Made by a program: the position numbers and the translations under genes | Assembly: GCA_951406725.2 (NCBI GenBank) | Contig: OX597821.1 | Location: 49,662,001 to 49,726,000 of the forward strand | Direction of reading: 5' to 3' | Source: Octopus vulgaris | Taxonomy: Eukaryota | DNA: 64,000 bases | Part shown: positions 62,131 through 64,000 of the stretch, one piece after another | Layout of the letters: each line of letters begins with the position of its first letter | Position numbering within the stretch: position 1 is the first letter of the stretch | Notes under the pieces: generated by a model | What the model was told of the DNA's origin: nothing | Databases searched by the model: none | The model's input: the letters and a program-made list of their open reading frames with translations, nothing else

Positions 62131-62880
62131 ATATTGGTTTCTAATTGTGGCACAAAGCTGGCAATTTTGACAGAGGGAGTAAGCCTATTATGTTGATCCC
62201 AGTAATCAACTGATATTTATTTTATCAACTCTGAAAGGATGAACAGCAAAGTTTACCTTGGCAAAATTTGAATTCAGAATGTAAAGACAGATGAAATTCC
62301 ATGAAGCATTTGGACCAGCTTGCTAACTTGCTAACTCTATATATCAATATTGAAATATAAATCAAGTTGAAAATATTATCAAGTAAGGAATCAAGTTCAA
62401 ACAAAGTAGAAATAACTACAGAAGTGACAAATGATAATGGTTAGAACAAACTCACAAGTTAAGGAGAAATCAAAGTAATGATACATATATATATGAAATA
62501 GAGAGAAAGCAGAAAAAAAATGAAATAAGGACAATAAGAGTAAAAACAAATATAGACAAATATGAGACAAGATAAATATAAAAAAGAAAAGGGCAAAATA
62601 ACTGAATAACAAATAAGGTATAATAATTAAGAAGAAATAAAGATAACAGGGTTTCAAGTATAGAACAAATCAACATTAATACACTAGCATACCCATGTCA
62701 TAAAAAATGTCAACATTTGTATTAATTATAGAAAATAGCAAAACAATGAGAAAAATTATTGATAATTTTTTGTTTTAAGACCTTGCACTATTTACTTAGA
62801 AGAAAAAAATATTTTCAAAAATTCTTAAATGTGACAGTGCCAACTGTCAGCCAAAACTAATCAGTCACAATGATATATAT

Positions 62881-63140
62881 CATCATCATCATCATCATCG
62901 TTTAACGTCCGCTTTCCGCGCTAGCACGGGTTGGACGGTTTGACCGGGTCTGGGAAGCCAGGGGCCGCACCAGGCTCCAGTCTGAATCTGGCAGAGTTTC
63001 TACGGCTGGATGCCCTTCCTAACGCCAACCACTCCGTGAGTGGATTGGGTGCTTTTTACGTGCCACCTGCACAGGGGCCGGAGGGTCCGGCATCGTCACG
63101 ATCGGTTCGAGCATTTTAACGTGTCAGCGGCACGGGGGCA
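62881..63140 (-). mobile_element. SINE family C
   Basis: (CAT)n tail and reverse-complement family C core. Confidence 0.8.
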
Positions 63141-63144
63141 ACGA

Positions 63145-63805
63145 GGTCCGGGGTACTTTGGGGATCGGGGTACTTTGGGGATCCAGGGTACTTTGGGGAT
63201 CCGGGGTACTTAGAATGGGTAGGGGGTATGTGGAATTGCTGCAGAAAGCAGCCCGGGTCTTTGTAGTCACAGCATTTATCGTCACTGAGTAACGTAATTA
63301 GGTAGAGGAAAGAAATACAGATATTCTAGAGTTGAGTTGGGGAGGGGGGGTCCAGTTGAGGCGGGTAATATAGGGGAGCAACCAGTGGGAAGGTTGGGGT
63401 AAGGAGGAACGATGGCAGGAAGGGTTGGTGTAGGTTCCTAAGAAATAAAAACGTAGGATATTACGAGGCGGGAGGGTACTAAAGGGGATAGTCGGAATGA
63501 GGCAGTGTCAGGAGGAAGCGTAAGATCGGTGGGCAGTTGATGAGCTATGGCGCTAACAACTTGTCTTTTCACAGTGAAGCATATGAGGAGAAGGGGTAGT
63601 GGGGGGAGGAGGAGGGAGTAGGGCGTACCCGGTGTAGATGAGTAAGGCGTATCCGGTGTAGATGGTGAGAACTGGGTATACTGGTATTGGTGGTGGGGGG
63701 TGAGAACAGTGTTCACCGGTATTGGTGGTGGTGACGGTGAGAACAGTGTTCACCGGTATTGGTGGTGGGGGTGAGAACAATGTTCATCGGTATTGGTGGT
63801 GGGGG
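63145..63805. repeat. G-rich minisatellites (18-bp GGGGTACTTTGGGGATCC x4; about 33-bp GGTGAGAACAGTGTTCACCGGTATTGGTGGT units)
   Basis: Read directly at 63148-63212 and 63625-63805. Confidence 0.75.
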
Positions 63806-64000
63806 TGGGGGGGGGGGCGGGGCACCGCCACTGGCGGAAAGATGGGAAGAGATGGGATTACGGCTTGAGGCAGCCTAAGGTTAAATTTTGTAGAGAGAGA
63901 GATAGGAAAGATAAATCAAGTTATGGCGAAGGCTTGAAAGTAGCCTAAAAGGTTAAATTTTCGTAACAGTGTATGAATAAACGTAGTAACAACAAATAAA

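Overview
This is a eukaryotic, AT-rich, repeat-dense animal genomic window. The SINE families, microsatellite load and zinc-finger style point to an octopus or other coleoid cephalopod (inference). Two genes face each other. The first is a + strand C2H2 zinc-finger gene with 9 fingers in one coding exon (8233-9009), probably with non-coding upstream exons and an RFX X-box. The second is a minus-strand gene of about 44 kb, rebuilt by hand from 10 in-phase GT-AG exons (61501 down to 17933, about 668 aa). It encodes ankyrin repeats, a Mind-bomb-type RING and a death domain. The introns and flanks hold three Gypsy LTR elements, RTE LINEs, R4/Dong-like LINEs, a Chapaev3-like transposon, a Tigger with a nested piggyBac, nested Merlin-like MITEs, Helitrons, several SINE families and satellites. 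The most notable hidden signals are type-I hammerhead ribozyme motifs: one with a covarying U3-A8 core inside a 302-bp terminally redundant, retrozyme-like unit (15947-16280), and two more at 6719-6806 and 29947-30034. Most ORFs in the supplied track are spurious or TE fragments.
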